Virus record (IMG/VR): IMGVR_UViG_3300014204_000009
Span: 27,966-91,965 of that record
Length of the DNA: 64,000 nt
Direction: 5' to 3' (one strand)
From: a virus
Lineage: Duplodnaviria; Caudoviricetes
Under the pieces are notes generated by a model. That model was given only the letters and a program-made list of their open reading frames with translations, did no database searches and was not told the origin of the DNA. Of this stretch, positions 63,001 to 64,000 are shown in pieces (positions within the stretch are counted from its first letter, which is position 1; the number at the start of each line of letters is the position of its first letter). The translations under genes were made by a program, and so were the position numbers.

Positions 63001-64000
63001 TAGAGTTGGCGATACTCTTTTAATAGATAGTATAGGTTCAAAGCGTGTATCTGGTAATTATGCTGTAAATTTTATACATCCAATAACTGTTAAAACTACA
63101 AATGCTGTTGGTGGTGGAGATGTTGTTTTTTATAATGATACTATTGGACAGAATGACCCAGGACTAATGTTTAAAAATATAATTACAGGAGAAGAATATG
63201 GAATAATGAGGCATAGTGGAGATCATAGACTTCAACTATTTGGGAGTAAAGGAATTTGGTGGCAAGATAATAATGCCAATCAAATGAATTTTGATAGTCT
63301 TGGATTATATCCTATTTATTCACCTGGATTGGCTTTAGGGCAACTTAGTTATCCTTGGGCAAAGTTGTATACTACTAATATTACTGATGATTCGACTAAT
63401 ATCAAATTTAATGTTCCCGTAACTACTGATGATTCTGTACTTACTATTAATGGAAGGATTATAGGAAAGAAAAAACTTGTTATTCCGGACGTAAGCGGAT
63501 ATCAATTAAACGCTGATACCTCTACTACTGATGCTACAAGAAAATGGGTAACTGATCAGGGATACCTTGTGGCAGAGGTTGATGGTTCGGTTTCTAATGA
63601 ACTCCAATCCTTAACTTATAATAGGGATACGAGAATTCTGGAAATTTCAGGGGGAACAGAGGATACATTAAATACGGTTGCAGTGACTAATGGGGCAACA
63701 GGATTATCTAATGCTGATCAGATATATGATTTTACAATAGGACTTGGCTATGTTCCAACAAATTCAACTACTACTCAATTAAATTATTTAAGTTCAGCCA
63801 CAGGAACCACAGGAACAAATACGACCAATATAGTATATTCAACTTCTCCAACATTAACAACCCCCAATATTGGAGTAGCAACGGCAACGAGTATTACTTA
63901 TACCGATCCAACCCCATACATGAACAGTTTTAGAACTGCACCTTTTTGGGTGAATGATTTTATGACATCTTCTACACAAACTTATCCTTGGGCAAGTACA
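59990..64000 (+). CDS. Large tail-fibre/adhesin-like protein with N-terminal Sec signal peptide (3'-truncated; absent from ORF track)
   Basis: Frame 2 read by hand, open from ATG 59990 to the window end (1337 codons): MNHSILHINKVRFTLYLIFIYSILFSFSSFA|QNIEG..., many NT(A/V)(I/V)G..AL..(N/T)TG beta-roll repeats, HSGLDNLDNDDHLQY, SPTLTTPNIGVATATS. Confidence 0.85.
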   Translation, partial: MNHSILHINKVRFTLYLIFIYSILFSFSSFAQNIEGNNVILPLTTGSVGNIKMGQWSAINMYGIKNIYVGNAANLTSPYADSNVSVGFGSLRLLTTGSRNTIIGSHAGGKITTADGNIWIGNEAGDDTTFRSLNDIGGIDNTDTICPLISFDFANNEVRICGTLDVNNGITGLDSVLWYLDGDTIINKSNHLVKIDNDLYLTGLRSEPRINYVLTWEYTTGNVHSTTIQSLADTLTIYNTGYWELVNGHLETKDIDSVWADIINTDTITNLSKVIGDSCYSELWYSFVLGDGNYIYGQDTGVSITFTIEGGDWDINVGDSAIVYKTCSDIVGCEGCMGEPIGDPPVYSPDSCNLVDTLDYVKSAITDIDFVSGDYVYTISIGATLCEDLTCPHLPTGFYQADVYRWICVDVYGDDPVVIDDSLVITEGTYFESGIYVERDEMPYLEPSDPKYGLATLRKLDASTKRQLAMTTYEDAADSLTQYIDTYWNYVDATPDTTSNKYPGIVDIKGNINLQTTTSSFGQITQNGYRLFSTYGTDVTPPYTFNTIFGLNSGNFSFTGGDNTAFGTNIFLALSTGHHNSAFGVTALSLVTTGDNNTAIGALALQNNTTGDENTAVGFYSLLNNVAGLGSTAIGYRAMMYANSTATPTTTYNTAVGYEAMRGSTISVNNTGKYNTAVGYQSLDAMTSGGYNTVVGVSAGGKITTGSNNTLIGYNAGIDVTTQESITGVGFSALESNSGNWSTGIGYDVMHWNTGNYSNGVGHQALWGNIGDYSNGFGNNALLKNEADFSNGFGDGALYNNMGIGSNGFGHNVLYYNEGDSNIAFGHLAFNDFNLSTSAEKTFAYTDIDVNDYINIAGHGFGSAGSYVLLKYSEGTSPIGGMTNGTVYEFYIEDATKLYVMTTVITSHGTGTGHKLTPQHVYSNSIAIGYNAEPTGSNQIRLGNSAIEHTYIPLDSASATYGVYYDAVANELVYNITGIGGITSHSGLDNLDNDDHLQYALLNGRVGDTLLIDSIGSKRVSGNYAVNFIHPITVKTTNAVGGGDVVFYNDTIGQNDPGLMFKNIITGEEYGIMRHSGDHRLQLFGSKGIWWQDNNANQMNFDSLGLYPIYSPGLALGQLSYPWAKLYTTNITDDSTNIKFNVPVTTDDSVLTINGRIIGKKKLVIPDVSGYQLNADTSTTDATRKWVTDQGYLVAEVDGSVSNELQSLTYNRDTRILEISGGTEDTLNTVAVTNGATGLSNADQIYDFTIGLGYVPTNSTTTQLNYLSSATGTTGTNTTNIVYSTSPTLTTPNIGVATATSITYTDPTPYMNSFRTAPFWVNDFMTSSTQTYPWAST

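Noticed and set aside
1-64000. Stop-codon reassignment (TAG or TGA recoding known in some Crassvirales)
   Set aside because: Core genes are full length in code 11; TAG ends 56642 and 57602, and TGA ends several genes in ATGA overlaps

Overview
AT-rich segment of a crAss-like (Crassvirales) phage genome, most likely infecting a Bacteroidota host, in the standard genetic code. Layout: (+) C-terminal part of a giant virion RNA-polymerase/zincin-type protein (open from the window start) and an M15 endolysin; (-) a ~35 kb replication/accessory block (HNH, dUTPase, DUF932, Gp157, NUDIX, DNA ligase, GT2, primase, SSB, RecT-like, SF2 helicase, PolB, family-4 UDG, Dda-like helicase, many small ORFs); a divergent non-coding switch region (~40.4-42.7 kb); (+) a late block (IHF-like, PD-(D/E)XK nuclease, Tad1, TerL, portal, major capsid, capsid/neck proteins) ending in a >1337-codon fibre-like ORF that the ORF track missed. 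The most striking signal is a set of Sec/lipoprotein-exported phage proteins, including the fibre-like protein in the structural operon, densely loaded with the Bacteroidota O-glycosylation sequon D-[ST]-[AILVMT], with a phage GT2 next to two of them. Other highlights: a Tad1 sponge homologue, a catalytically dead patatin, a four-member paralog family in a candidate counter-defence cluster, an rpS3-like KH protein, an inverted-repeat-flanked endolysin and an internally deleted thyX. All assignments come from motif recognition by eye; no searches were run.
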